This document shows positions 1 to 13,090 of a DNA stretch of 64,000 bases, in pieces (the stretch's first letter is position 1; each line of letters begins with the position of its first letter). The translations under genes were made by a program, and so were the position numbers. The notes below the pieces were generated by a model. It had not been told where the DNA came from, did no database searches, and worked only from the letters and a program-made list of their open reading frames with translations. The DNA comes from Selaginella moellendorffii (taxonomy: Eukaryota; Plantae; Lycopodiophyta): assembly GCF_000143415.4 (NCBI RefSeq), contig NW_003314273.1:506074-570073 (forward strand). Direction: 5' to 3'.

Positions 1-657
1 ATTATATTGCAGTCTTTTCATTATAAAAGAGGAAGAATTTTGCTAGTGTAATGCATGTGATCATGGGATGAAATTTGGATATATTGTTATTGTGGATTCT
101 TGGAACTTTCAGGAATAAATAAGGATAAAATAGCCACTAAGGGTTCTTTCATCCTTTTCCAGTTGGTTTAAGGGGAGAAAGATAGTGTGGTATCGGAGCA
201 AATGGCACGGGTTCAAATCCTATTAATTAGTGGTTACTTAAAAATATAATATACCCTTGAGCAACATATATTCCTACTCCTAAATTTGAAATCGTACATA
301 TTGGGCATCCATGCGTACATCCTTCCTCTTAGTAGAGTATCCACGAACGAAGGTATCCACTGTGGGACTGCAGTATGAGTGGATGACTAGTTGCCTTACA
401 TGGAATAGCTAGTTTACACAATGAAAAGATTGGTAAATTCAATATGGAAATAGAAGTGTTGCTAATTCAATATGGAAATAGCATGATCTAACATTGCTAA
501 TAGAGTTGAGTTTACTTTTACGATTGCTATAAGTTGATAATATTAGGACCTGGGATTAATATTTGATGACCATTCTTGCACTACTTGGAGCAAAGTTTGT
601 TAAACACTTCTGCCACATATAAATGAGATAATAGTAATGTTATGTGGAGTATAAAGG

Positions 658-1803
658 TGTCACGAATGTGATTTTGGGTATCGAAAGTTACTTGTCGGCT
701 AGTCCTTACGGACACAATTTCCTTACTGCCACGATAGCAGGAGGTCAGTATTGTTGGACCCGTTATCAGTTCCCACTTGGGCTAGTTGAGTATGATCAGC
801 AAAAAACACATAGAGGTTCCTACTTTATATTTATCCAATCTAAGTGCATGGTTATTGACCAATTTTGGCCTAGTTTGAGAAACTTGTGTCATTGGCTTGT
901 ACTTGCTAGTATTAAGAACCTGCGCAATATTGAGCTTGGTCCCTCAATATTGCTAGATGATAGCTTATCGTGTTTGCCAAACACCCTTGCTATCATACCT
1001 TTTGTGTTAGTCTCATTTTGGTCTCAAATGCTATTTATAGAAAGTGTTTAAATTTATTTATTTGGCATATCTACGGAATGTAGAGATTCTCATGAACACA
1101 ATGATGTTCGTCTCGTGTCCAAATTTGCAATCTAAGAACATTCCATATTTAGTAAGTTTCAAGCTTGTTTTAGAGACTAACTTTTGGTACTAAGGGAGGC
1201 TTGGGGTGAAAGCCCAAAGCATGTGTTCCTCAAAGGGGGGGGAGGGAGGCTATGGGGAGTTTTAAATGTATAGTAGGGATAGTGGGTAGGTCGTACATAG
1301 CCGATCAACCTGAGGCATAGTTTAACTCCTACTTACATGCTTGTCTTTGTTTTGCATTTGGCTTAGGTCTAAGCCCAAGTTCCACACCATATTAGCTAGT
1401 GAAGTACCCATGTCTTTATGTTNNNNNNNNNNNNNNNNNNNNNNNNNNNNNNNNNNNNNNNNNNNNNNNNNNNNNNNNNNNNNNNNNNNNNNNNNNNNNN
1501 NNNNNNNNNNNNNNNNNNNNNNNNNNNNNNNNNNNNNNNNNNNNNNNNNNNNNNNNNNNNNNNNNNNNNNNNNNNNNNNNNNNNNNNNNNNNNNNNNNNN
1601 NNNNNNTTGGTAGTTTGGGATTTGTTCCTTCGTTTAGTGGCCCAAGGCCTTGAACCTCGGGTTCCACACCACTGTCCTTTGGACACGTGGCATGTGACAC
1701 ATGGCATATGACACATGGCACATGGAGGGTTTAGATTCCGCTTCATAGTGTTATCCTATGGTAAATCACCATAGGATAAAAGGTAAAAACCAAGTGCGCT
1801 ACA
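658..1803 (+). mobile_element. Solo LTR (same family as the 16527-22423 element, opposite orientation)
   Basis: TG...CA ends (tgtcacgaatgtg...gtgcgctaca) are the reverse complement of the LTRs at 16527/21310. 5-bp TSD AAAGT is exact in copies 2 and 3. An empty paralogous site gagtataaagtggatg lies at about 2554. Confidence 0.9.
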
Positions 1804-1949
1804 AAAGTGGATGATTGGTATTTGTTTATTTTCCCAATTTTATAGTGTATAATTTACCTAATGGGCTCTTTGCTTAGTAGAAAGGATTGTATCAAGTGTT
1901 GTGGCAAGTTAGATTCCAAATTTATGATCATCACCAATTTATGTCATCA

Positions 1950-2210
1950 TTGTGGTGAACTTGGATAACTAAGGATATATCATATTTTCACAAGTGTTTA
2001 TCATCCTCAAATGAATGATTTGGTGAAATAGCTGATTGGACCTTTAAAAGGATGATCACAATGTATAAGAATTTTTAATATTGAGATTAGGATTGTTATT
2101 TTTCATGTCTTCAATATGTGTATATCATAGGGGTATAGGGTGTTTTACCATATAAAGTATTATATATGGTCATGATCTAACATTACCAATAGAGTTCAAT
2201 TTACTTTTAC
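1950..2210 (+). pseudogene. Ty3/gypsy integrase relic
   Basis: Translates to HIFTSVYHPQMNDLVK (cf. TxYHPQxNGxxER) and, with frameshifts, SPY..YGHDLTLPIE. Multiple stops. Confidence 0.7.
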
Positions 2211-2267
2211 AATTGCTATGAGTTGCTAGGACCTGGGATTAATATTTGATTACCATTCTTGCACTAC

Positions 2268-2465
2268 TGTAAACTTTTGAATCTGGACTTTCCGGGAGGT
2301 CACCACCCAACTCAGTATTATTCAAACCCAAGGACACTTAACCCCAAATATCCCAAGACCCTTAATTGATTGGAAAAGGGGGTGCACTCTTTCTCATGGG
2401 CCTTTTCTTTTTATATTTAAACCCCTATGGATCATCTCTCAAGTCGTTCTTTTTAGTTACTTATA
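2268..2465 (-). mobile_element. Cassandra-like TRIM solo LTR containing a 5S rRNA-derived segment
   Basis: 198-bp insert starting TG and flanked by 5-bp TSD ACTAC (2263-2267, 2466-2470). Empty site at about 575-590. The minus strand of 2285-2342 resembles the 5S internal promoter (A box to C box). Confidence 0.8.
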
Positions 2466-3689
2466 ACTACTTGGAGCGAAGTTTGTTAAACATTTTTACC
2501 GCATATAAATGAGATAATAGCAATGTTATAATTCTCATTATTATCCATATCTAGAGTATAAAGTGGATGATTGGTATTTGTTTATTTTTCCAAATTTATA
2601 GTATATAATTTACCTAAAGGGCTCTTTGCTTAGTAGAAAGGATTGTATCAAGTGTTGTGGCAAGTTAGATTCCAAATTTATGATCATCACCAATTTATGT
2701 CATCATTGTGGTGAACTTGGATATTATAAAACTGATTATTCACAATTAAAGAATAAGTAATAAAGAAAAAAGAATAGTTAATCTTTTATTAGCATTAAGT
2801 TGAATATTAAAAAGTTGCAAAATTTGCAAAGTAAAGATGAAAAAAAAGACTATTCTGATTAAAGGAAGAGACTTTTAATCACTATTTGATAACTCAACTA
2901 TATGTAGAATAATTAAAGGAACCTCAAGAGAAGGCATAACATAGTTTATGCAAGGTTAAACATCTTTGTCTTTGTTATTTAGTGCTGGGTCATAACAGTG
3001 TATTATTTGAAGTTGTTGAAGTTCGGAAGCTAGACAACTTGCATCCCTCATAAAGCATTGTTTGTAATACATAGAAATACTGTTCTTCTTTATTCAGAAT
3101 TCAAGATTGCTCCTTTAGTGGGATATGGCTGAAATCAAATATCTTCTTGAGACCGAAAATAAGTTTCTCTGCATCTTGATCTCCATCTGATGACGATTCT
3201 TCCACCATATAAACAACAGCATCATCCCTAATATTGTCCTCGAACTCCACATGCTCTCCATCACTAAAAATAGCTTCTCCTCCTTCCTTTGAACCACCTG
3301 AGCNNNNNNNNNNNNNNNNNNNNNNNNNNNNNNNNNNNNNNNNNNNNNNNNNNNNNNNNNNNNNNNNNNNNNNNNNNNNNNNNNNNNNNNNNNNNNNNNN
3401 NNNNNNNNNNNNNNNNNNNNNNNNNNNNNNNNNNNNNNNNNNNNNNNNNNNNNCAACAGCAAACATGACCAAAATTTACTTGCATTTTCCTGCATGACGT
3501 AAAGCATAAGCTTTAAGGAGAATGATAGAGAGCACTTACCTTGTGAATTCAATGCTCTTCAAGTTTTGTCATGTCAGGAAGTTTGCATGTTAAGAATGGC
3601 ACATCTAGGGTAAGCATCTAAACATTCACCACTAAAGAAAGCACATAAAGACTGTACTTACTATAGCTACCATCTCGTTTCTTTGTTGT

Positions 3690-3875
3690 CTTCTGGAAAG
3701 TTTACTGAGGTCAGATGGTATCCAGTAGCTGGTTTGATGAGCACTCTCAAGCTGGAAGCATTAGAAACCAGCTCCAGGGACTTGTTCCAGACTCAAGTCT
3801 AGATATTGAGAGATGAGAATGTGTAAACATCTTCTGGGATGCAGCCTGTGAGCTGGTTCCAGCGTGCCTGAGTTT
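3690..3875 (-). pseudogene. Plant extracellular-type LRR (RLK/RLP) relic
   Basis: Minus strand reads RWNQLTGCIPEDV...YLDLS...SNASSLRVL...SDLSKLS across frameshifts, matching LxxLxLSxNxLTGxIP. Second copy at about 27265-27455. Confidence 0.6.
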
Positions 3876-3987
3876 CAAGAGCCAGGGCGCTGCCTAAGTC
3901 ACTGCCGAGAAATGTAAACGAACGCATTAAAGTGAAATACATTAAGTAAGGGTTAGGGCATTAAAGGCATTTTGCAAAGGGCAAGCT

Positions 3988-5688
3988 ATGGCGCGAACAG
4001 AGCAGGAGCGCAGTGGATGCGTCACAGGTTTGTGGTCTCTCTTTCGACCAAAAAAGGCGCACAAGGGCGACAACAAGGTCCACCCGGAAGCCATGGACGC
4101 GGCGGCCTCGAAGCTGAAGGTCCAAGATCGTGTCTGTGAGGCCGTCTCGGGAGAAGCCATGGACGCCGCCGCCTTGAAGTTGAAGGAACTCAGGCACGAG
4201 GTGAAAATCGTCTTAGAAGCGATACGACAGGAGCGAGGGCACAAGGAGCTGATCAAGCCGATCAAGCCGGAACAAGAGAAGGAGGACGAAGAGGAGAATC
4301 AAGAGAAGAAAGCGGAGCAGCTGAAGGAAGAGAAGAAAGCCGAGCAGGTGAACGAGGAGGAGAAAGAAGCCGATCAGATGAAGCCGATGAAGCTGGAAGA
4401 AGAGGAGGAAAAGGAAGCCGAGAAGCAGCTGAAGGAGGAGGAGCAAGAGAAGAAAGCTGAGCAGCTGAGCGAGGAGGAGCAGGAGAAAGAAGCCCATGAG
4501 ACGAAGGAACTCAGGCGCGAGGTGAAACAGGAGCAAGGTCACAAGGAGCAGCCGCAGCTGGAACGAGAGGAGAAGAATCAGCCGAATCAGCCGATCAAGC
4601 CGATCAAGCCGATGAAGCAAGAGCAGGAACAGGAGGAGGAGCAGCGGATGAAGCCGATGAAGCAGCAGCTGGAACAAGAGGAGGAGCAGATGATCAAGCC
4701 GATCAAGCAGCCTCTGGAACGGGAAGACGATCAAGAGAAGATGAAGCAGCAGGAGAATGACAAGCCCAAGCAGGAGGAGCAGCGACCCAAGCCAATTCTA
4801 CTGCCAGCCGGGGGTCGTCGTCCAGGTATGGTTCCTTTTGCTTCTCGCATTCTTCTTCTACTGTGACTCACGATGGCCTTCTGGACTTGCAGGTTCCAGG
4901 CCGAAGATGGTTCGCTTCTCTTCCTCAGCGGAGGACATTCTTCCCGACGGCACCCGACGGCGGAGTGAAACCCATCTTAGCGATGGCCGAGGGGGCTATG
5001 TTGAGTTCGCGTATCTCGAAGCTTTCCACAAGGCAAACCGGTGGCTAAACCAGAGGGGAAAAACCGAGAAGAAGATCCGCAGCTTGGAAGAGGAAAAGCG
5101 CGAGGAAACAGAAGAGGAGAAGCACGAGGAAAAGTCTTGGAGTGTTAGCGCGCTCCGGATTCTGATCAGACTCACCGAGCAGCTTTACGAGGAGCTCAAC
5201 GGCAAATCCAGCGACCGAGAGAGGATCAAGCGAGCGCGGAAGATGATGAGGCTCCAGAAAATGCTGGATAGGATCCCGAGTGAGAGGAAACCGTGGAAGA
5301 AGCTTCAGTCCGGCGAGGTGGTCTTCGTGAAGGAGGCAAAAGAACTATATGATCGTGCGGGGAGAGATTTTGTTGCCGAATTCAAGAGGAGACAGGTAAG
5401 TTTGATATACCTTCCAGATTCCAGATGGCCGTTTGCTAATAACTTCCGTGTTTGTTGTAGAGAGCTGAAGTGAACGATGAGTGTTTGTTTTGTCGGAACC
5501 ATGATGGCGAGAAGATGATCGGCCGGGCTGGAGCGAACTCTAAGACGACTAGACCCTGGGTTTACCTGAGAAGAGAACACGAGCAAACTGTTCTAAGCAC
5601 GTCGAAGAAACGAGAGATGAAGTTGGCTCCGAGCTCGAGAAGTTGGCTGCAAGGATTGGTCAACTGGAGGCCAGTGCTCGGACTCTAG
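3988..5688 (+). CDS. E/K/Q-rich low-complexity coiled-coil protein; predicted exons 3988-4825, 4893-5395, 5461-5688
   Basis: GT-AG introns of 67 and 65 nt join three ORFs in frame (RRP-G-SRPKM; KRRQ-RAEVND). No recognisable domain, and the last exon may be frameshifted. Confidence 0.6.
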
Positions 5689-8100
5689 CATCGGAGAAGC
5701 CAACTCTCAAGAGTCAAATCCAGAAGTTGGATCTCCAAGCAAGTTGAGCAGCACAGGAGGAGGCCACTAAAGCTATAGACCAGTTAAGTCGAGAGAAGAT
5801 CGACCTTCTCGAGGACTCGACTCCAAAGATTTGCAACTGTCCAAGACGTGAAAGCAGTGCGTGACAACCGTGTCTCAGGGCTCCAGGCGGAGAAGTCCAT
5901 CACACTTCAGGCGTCTAAACAGGCCAGCGACCAGCCTCCACACTCTTCTAAGTCAAGAGAAGATCAATGGATCAAGTTTGACTACACTCTACAGTGTCTG
6001 GAGCAAGGAGGGATCTATCTTATCAGCTTTCCAGTCGACGGAGATGATNNNNNNNNNNNNNNNNNNNNNNNNNNNNNNNNNNNNNNNNNNNNNNNNNNNN
6101 NNNNNNNNNNNNNNNNNNNNNNNNNNNNNNNNNNNNNNNNNNNNNNNNTGGCTGCAAGATGGCGAGAAGATGATATAGCTGAAGCTGCTCGTGACTGGGG
6201 TTTCGGATGGCTGCAGAGAGTATAAGACAGACTACGCTAGACGTTCTCTGTCATCTGGTGGAATGAGGGAAGTGTTCGGACAGGAGTTCTTGAAGGAGAA
6301 GCCCCAGGGGATAATGGCTGACGGAGTCGAATCCGCTGCACGAGGTGGAGCTCTCGGCGAGAGCACGTGATGGCAGAGTTTGGAAGCGCAAAGGCGAGGC
6401 TGGAGAAGCAAGTAACTGGCAGCTGATGGAGAGGATCACGGGACTCGAGGCGCTGGAGGAGAGAGAGACGTGCCAGATGCAAAGCAAAGCTTTGGGCGAG
6501 GAGCTCTGAAGGATGAAGAAGACAAGCCGAGGAGAACCGATGTGAGAGCAGAGGTTTGACGGATCAGATGGACGCTACATGCGACAAGAAGGAGCATCTG
6601 GCTTCGCAGGAAGCTGTGTTTTTGCATGCTTCCGCTCAAGCTTCTCAGCACGATCAAGGCCTGAAGTGGCGGAAGCATTTTCTAACTGCCAGAGGTTCTA
6701 AGCACGTCAAAGAAACGAGAATGGAAGTTCAAGAAGTAACCAGCTCTCGAGAGTCAAATACAGAACAGAGGTGCAAGCCAAGTACTGACAGCTCGAGCAG
6801 CGCAGGGAAGCAGTAGCAAGCCTCCAAAGCGCCAGAGACCAGTCTCCACACTTCTAAGTCAAGAGAAGATCAACCTCTTCGAGGAGATATCCTCCCTCGA
6901 CTCCAAAGTTTCGGAGATATCTTGATCAATCGGGAGATAGCAGATAATTTTGTCAAGATCTGGGCTTCTCAAGCGGAGCTCACTGAGACGGTGCCCGAGA
7001 TCGGAGCAGTCAGCCAGCCGAGTGGAGAAGAGTCCATCAAACGTTGGTGTGAGAACAGCGAGATGAAGGAGAAGATGAGATGCCAAGACGGATCAAAGAC
7101 AAAGCTCTCTAGTTGATGGAAACAGGACGAGAGCTTCAATGCTGTCCAGGATCACTCTTACAGGTGCTTGGATGATAGAAGATGATGATGGCAAGATGAT
7201 CTCAAACTCGAAGAAACTGCTTGTGGCAGTGGAGCCAGAGGTTCGGCTTCACAAAGACTGAAAAACGGCTGATGTTCGCCCCTGACATGCGGAGACTACA
7301 AGAGCTGGAGCAAACTCTAAGACGAAGCAACAGTCATAAAGACAGAAGATCGGACGAGTTTCATGGAACGTGGAAGCTGGTGCAAAGCGATTCAGAGGTT
7401 CAATGGCCACCTTTACAATCGAGAAATGTGGACTGAGGGTACGTAGAGTCATTCGTTTTTTCCTCTTCCATTCATTTCATCCGTGTTGTTAAACAGAAGA
7501 AGCAAGCTGCAGCGACACACAAATTGTGATGGTAGCTCCTTTAGTATCAGCAACAAATCCTGGTGGAATATCTTCTGAGCTCCAACTTGGTCCAGATCGT
7601 TGGAGGCCGTCTCTTCGAGACTAAATAAATAAAACATCTCAGAGACTACGCTAAGGAGCTGCTTATTCTGGCCAACTTGTGAGTAAATAACCTTGAGAGA
7701 TTATGTTTCTTTTCTATTTGGAAAATAGTCTGACTGCCAACTTGGTCCAGATCATAAGAGGCCGCCAGAAGAATATGTAAATGAGGGTGGAGCAGGACTT
7801 GAAGCAGCGAAAGATAAAACCAGCGTCAGAGATCATAAGAATCGAGCAAGTGGGAATGGAAAACTGTAAGATGATTTTAAAACTTGGAGAGAAAGGGAGC
7901 AGGCTGAAACAGCTAAGATCGAGCAGCAAAGATTGAGCAGCTTAAAGACGAAAAAATTTCTTAAACCAAGCAGGGGCAGCAGGTTGAAAAATCGAAGTTT
8001 TAAGTTCGCCCAGCAGAGTAGGGGCAGCAGCTTCAAAAAGAAAAGTGGAAGCAGCTAAAGAGCAGTGACAAGTTTGATCGAGCAGCAGAATAGTTCAGAC
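5689..8100 (+). pseudogene. Decayed, internally repeated coiled-coil coding sequence (also 29340-32115 and 44305-45858)
   Basis: Purine-rich coding-like composition. Recurrent ctccacact..ctaagtcaagagaagatcaa (LHTLLSQEKIN) motif. Many frameshifts and stops. Confidence 0.5.
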
Positions 8101-9471
8101 TCGTGATAGTTTTTTTCATATCATTTTCTTTGATTTAGCTGTAAAAACGATGATTTAATGTTCATAATGTTTGAATCTCTGAAAGGTCCGAGATCCGACT
8201 TGCAACAAGATGATACCTAGAGCACGCTAGGGCTTGGCGGCATGGCCGCTTGGCAAGGCATCCCCCGAAAAACTCGTGAACTTTACCATGTAGGCCGAGT
8301 ATTTGCAATCTGTAGACTTGTCTCTAACATCGTGGATCTTCTTGTACGTTTGCAAGGATTCCTGATCAGTTTGTCCCCGTAACTTGATTAGAAAATGGAA
8401 AAACAAATCCAGCTCAGGAAAATAAGATCTTACATAGTTTGCTCCAGAGGCATTACCATCACATAGCATGTAAATTTGAACCGACCCGACCAAATGAACG
8501 ATCTTCAATCCACTGGGAGTTTAGCAACTCCACCTGTGAAATAAAAAGAACGAAACAAGAAAAAACAATGATGAGAGTCATACTATTAACAAGAACCTCC
8601 AGTGGTTCTGGGAAAAAGCAAAATCACATGAGACTAGAAGAATTCCAAAGCCTTTGAAGACGTGCACGTTGATAAAGGACGCTTTGCCTTAAATCTCCTG
8701 CTGGACTGTGGGGTAACGATGGTGATAGCGAAGGTGTTCGACTTTCTAGACACCACGACACCACGTTAGAGCAAGAACTCAGGAGCTAATATGTACGCAC
8801 CTCCAGTTGTTCCATATGGTATAAAGCCATTTGACTTGGTCTAGAAGGTCATAAGCGGATGAAAAGGGAAAAGGCTTGCCCACCTCCTTCCAGACAGTCA
8901 AAGTTGTTACCATTGTATGGGAAAAAAACTAAATTTCTGCACGTCGCCACCAATCAAACTTGTAAGATTGCTGTTCGTGAGCATCAAAGAAAGCTTCAAA
9001 TCGTGAACAAGAGTCTAAAGGCCATCGCATTTGTAACAATTGGCAAGAGACTTCCCTTCACCTCTGCAATTTCTTGCAGTTTGATAGATAGATCAGCATT
9101 GCAACATTTTACCAGCCTCCACACACAAGCACTCTTTTAGATACTCTTGTATAGGAAATTGATAAGTAGAAACACTTGTCTTCGTTTGGTTATTATAAAT
9201 AAAAGTTCCTACTAAATACTGATTAAATTGAGAATTGTAATCCAAGTAGAAATTTGATTATTAATTGATTATTTTTACTCTTTACATTTGGCCTTTGACA
9301 TTTTGCTTTATTTAGTTATTATGTTGCAAGTTTATATTTTTATGGGTTCTTAAAATCTATGAAATCAAGAATGCTAATATTTAAAGCAAATTTTTATGGG
9401 TAATAAAGTTTTATTAGTTTCACTATTTTATGTTTCTTGAGAAAATATTATAATTTAATATATATTTAGTT

Positions 9472-9488
9472 ACACACACACACACACA
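9472..9488. repeat. (AC)n microsatellite in AT-rich spacer
   Basis: acacacacacacacaca. Confidence 0.9.
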
Positions 9489-11229
9489 ATATAAAGGTAT
9501 TCTTAAAGTATAACACCAGACTGGTATACAACTACTAAATTTTTTACAATTGTATTAGCTGATAATAATATATATTTTATCTTAAAAATATAAATAAATA
9601 AATAAAAATGGATTTAAAATTAGATTAAAGATATAGTTTTTTAATTATTTAATAAATAATAGTATTTAAATAGGATATTTATGTGAAGCAAAAACTCCAA
9701 CAACACCAACATGAGTGAGTACAAAAAAGCACTGCTGCCTAAAGATTAAAATTTATTATTTTCCATCACAACACTCACTTACTCAATTATTCTTTACTTT
9801 TCCTAAGGCTTTCTTTTGTATTTTCTCTCCCTCTCCCATCAATATTATTATTGTCCTTTGATCCTTTATGGCAATAAATAAAATATTAAACACATACCAT
9901 CTACAAGATCTCTTCTAGTTATGAGGTCTAGTTATGACCTAAAACTTGGTGAACTCAACATGAATAAACTAGTTTAGTTTTCTTGAAAGAATGGACAGTT
10001 TGTTTTAGGAAATTGAGAGAAATTTTGAGTTCTAGGGGTTAGATTTATATTCTTAGAGACCCTAGGACCATTAGGGGTTTTAACTTCCATGAATTTAGAG
10101 TGTAAATTTAAAGGATTTTTCTCGTTCTTACATTAATTTTCTACATTACCTCTTTCCACTTGGTTTTCTAGTGATTTCTCATGATTAGTATATTGATTCT
10201 GGTTTTTCTTTCTTTGGGTCGATGCGACTTGGCATCCTCTTTCCAACAAGCTAAAGAGCACCTTGTTTTGTGGAGGATTTAATTGCTAATTTAATGAAAT
10301 TTTGTCCATCACGCTCCTCTGTTTTTCATGGCAAATTTTTCAACACTCTAAGCTTGTGATTTTGAGACTGATTCAAGAATTTTTTTTTCTGGACATGTAA
10401 ATATAAAGACAAGCTTTTCGGAGAGTTCTTTCTTGGTAGCCAATTCGCTTTAAGCTATGACATGGAGTAGTTTTTCTCTCACGGCGCTTTATAGCTCAAA
10501 ATTGCAAGTTTTTAACTTAATCTTGAGGGAATTTGAGGTGTTATTCTCATGGAAATCATTACGGCCATGTTATTACCTTTTACCAATGTTAAAAATGAGT
10601 GTTTCTTGTACTAGGGAGTGCATTTTCTTTTGTTTTCCTTCTTACTGTCTAGAATTTAATGTTTGAATCAATTTTTTTTTGAGATTTTAGGCATTTTAAC
10701 TCATGGTTTTGGTTTCATTCTCTTGGTTTGAGTATAAACTTTTAAACAAGTCCATCCACACCTATTTTTGTGTGCAAAGTCAAGAGATTTCCATGCAAAT
10801 GTTTTCCTCTTAGGCATTTTGAGTATTGGAGTTTAATTTTTTCTATTTTCCCCCTTTTCTTTGCAATATTTTTTTCTTTTGTCGTGAGAAATTGGCATTT
10901 GCAAGAGTGAGAGTGATTTTATTTGGGAAAATCTACATGAGGATACTCTTTTATTTGGAGTTATCCCATTTAGATACTTTGCTCTCACACAAGTCAAAGT
11001 TCTTTGTGCGTTGTATTTTCCACAACCTGGCATCTACTACATAGTGGACATTTTATGCTAGTTCACACTCGTTCCAATTAGAGATGGCAACTAGCAAACT
11101 TCCATACAGTGCCTAGGGTATGGGGATATTTTTCACACCTTTTACGAGAGCTCGATTATCAAACTACTCTTTTTGATGAGGAGGATTCATCATTCATTAC
11201 AGATATCGAGTCAGGGAGTCCACCATCCA

Positions 11230-13090
11230 TGGCTCTTCCTACATAAATCCACATTCTACAGCGAGGCACCGACTTGACATACTTATCTGGCAATGGCGAC
11301 ATCTTTGCCAATACACATGTCACTCATTTTGAGCAATATTGCATGTCAAATGGCATCATCGAGGATGATCACAAGCTTTGTGACTTCTTGCGATCGCTCA
11401 CTAGCCGAGCAGAAACATGGGTAGAGACACTCTTGGAGGTAGATATGGCTGACAACTCCACATTCAAAGCATCTTTCTAAGGTCACTTTGATCAGCAGTG
11501 ACCACCAAATCGCTTACTCATGGACTTGTTCGTTTTTTGGCAAGGAGCACATGAATCTGTGCCGGAATATGTGATGTGGTTTAGGTTTTACTAGAAGGAG
11601 TGTGTCCTCATCACAAATGAACCTCATGGCATCACTACATTCATCTTTGGCCTCAAGGGAAATCTCAAATGCAAAATGCTTAAGCGAGAGTTTTGGATGT
11701 GTTATGAGGCATTTGCTATAGTAGAGACTTTGGAGTGGGATCTTCTCCAACATCTCAAGATTCCTAGGGTAGAGGAGGTTTTCCTCCCACCTTCAGATGA
11801 GAGCTCATGTGCTACCATGATCCATTCTTCTCCAACCCCGCACAGTGATGATAGAGTTTCCTCAATGATCGAGAAGGCATTGTCGAAGCATGCAAGATAC
11901 AAGGAGATTATCTAGCAGCAATGATAAATTCAAGAGAAGCTACTTGAGGAGCTTAAAGCATGCTGCTTACAGTAGGCAGGGAGACTAAGATGCCCTCTTC
12001 GTTCTTGGTACTACTCGCATTGCGGTGTTATGATACACAGCATAAATAGATGTTGGAAGCTTCATTTAGAACTTCGACCACCTTTTGTCCAGCATGTTGA
12101 AGAGTAACTTCTACCAGACAACATATTTCTTCCATGGCTAGAGATAGATACCAGCAACAATTGGAGTAGAAAGCGATCAAAGACACCCTTTCGTTGAGCT
12201 GTGGAAACACTGATGCATGTCAACATAGTTTATGTTGTAGAGGACGGTTATAAGATGGCTGCTATGACTCAAGGGCACAAGAAGGTTTCTCCTTTAGCCC
12301 CAAATATTGATGGTGAGCAAGATCCAGCTCTAGTTTCTAGAACTTCCCCATCTCTCATGGCATGTAAGTTACCCCATGCTTCGGTATTTGCAATGCCACC
12401 CACATCCTTGGCCACAACTTCAAATCCAACAATTGGATATTCATCCAACTTTCAATGTGGGGTCTCTCAGCTGCCCTCCACTCTTTCTCAAGTCCCATAA
12501 GAAGTTCTTGCTTAGATTGTTGACACTTTAATCTAGATCACACTTAGTGAGCTTTTGCAATATGTACTTGGATTTACTCCTTAGCTAGAGGCTTTGCCAA
12601 GTCCACAGGCATCCCCATGGAACATCAGTATAACATCCACATCATCAACACTCAGACCACTTATGATCCTAAAGCATTCTTTGTGGAGGTCCACATCAGC
12701 GATAGATCTTTGACAGCACAAGCATTACTTGATTCTAGATCCCAGAGCAACATCATCTCCCTCAACTTGGCACTTTCTAGTGGCTTGGAAGTGGTGAGAA
12801 ACACAACTATCATCCTCAAAATGTTTGCCAATCACTGAATTGTTCCTACAAACATCTATTGGAATGTCAAGATCTTGGTGCAAGGAGTGGTTTCCATGCT
12901 AAATTTCATTGTTGTGGACTTCCAACAGTTAGGATTTGGGAAGCTGAAGGACTCCATTATCTTAGGACGGACTTACATGACAACTTGGGCCAAGGGAGAA
13001 TCAACGATTACCAACAGCATCTATGGTAGCAACTCTTCTCAATACCCATGGTCATTCTCTACTTCCATATAGCTTGTCTCAAGTGGATGC
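11230..13090 (+). pseudogene. Ty3/gypsy gag + aspartic protease relic (copy 2 at about 35050-36930)
   Basis: HFEQYC...KLCDFLRSLTSRAETW is retrotransposon gag-like. ALLDSRSQSNII is a degenerate LxDSG(S/A) protease motif and IILGRTYM is the ILGRxF motif. Many stops. Confidence 0.75.

Noticed and set aside
644-1051. 135-aa ORF repeated in several copies
   Set aside because: Lies in a solo LTR, starts at GTG and is partly created by the micro-inversion. Repetition reflects duplication, not selection.
1193-1290. G-run cluster in the LTR (G-quadruplex candidate)
   Set aside because: Runs are irregular and vary in length among copies. G-rich tracts are common in plant LTRs and nothing further supports function.
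2285-2342. Functional 5S rRNA gene
   Set aside because: Only about 60 nt of the internal promoter region, diverged and embedded in a TSD-flanked insert.
4213-4734. Leu-rich minus-strand ORFs (also 27774-28385) resembling membrane proteins
   Set aside because: Antisense shadow of the GAG/AAG/CAG-rich coiled-coil exon.
1423-6148. ORFs spanning the N-runs at 1423-1606, 3304-3453 and 6049-6148
   Set aside because: Assembly gaps; the X-containing ORFs are artefacts.
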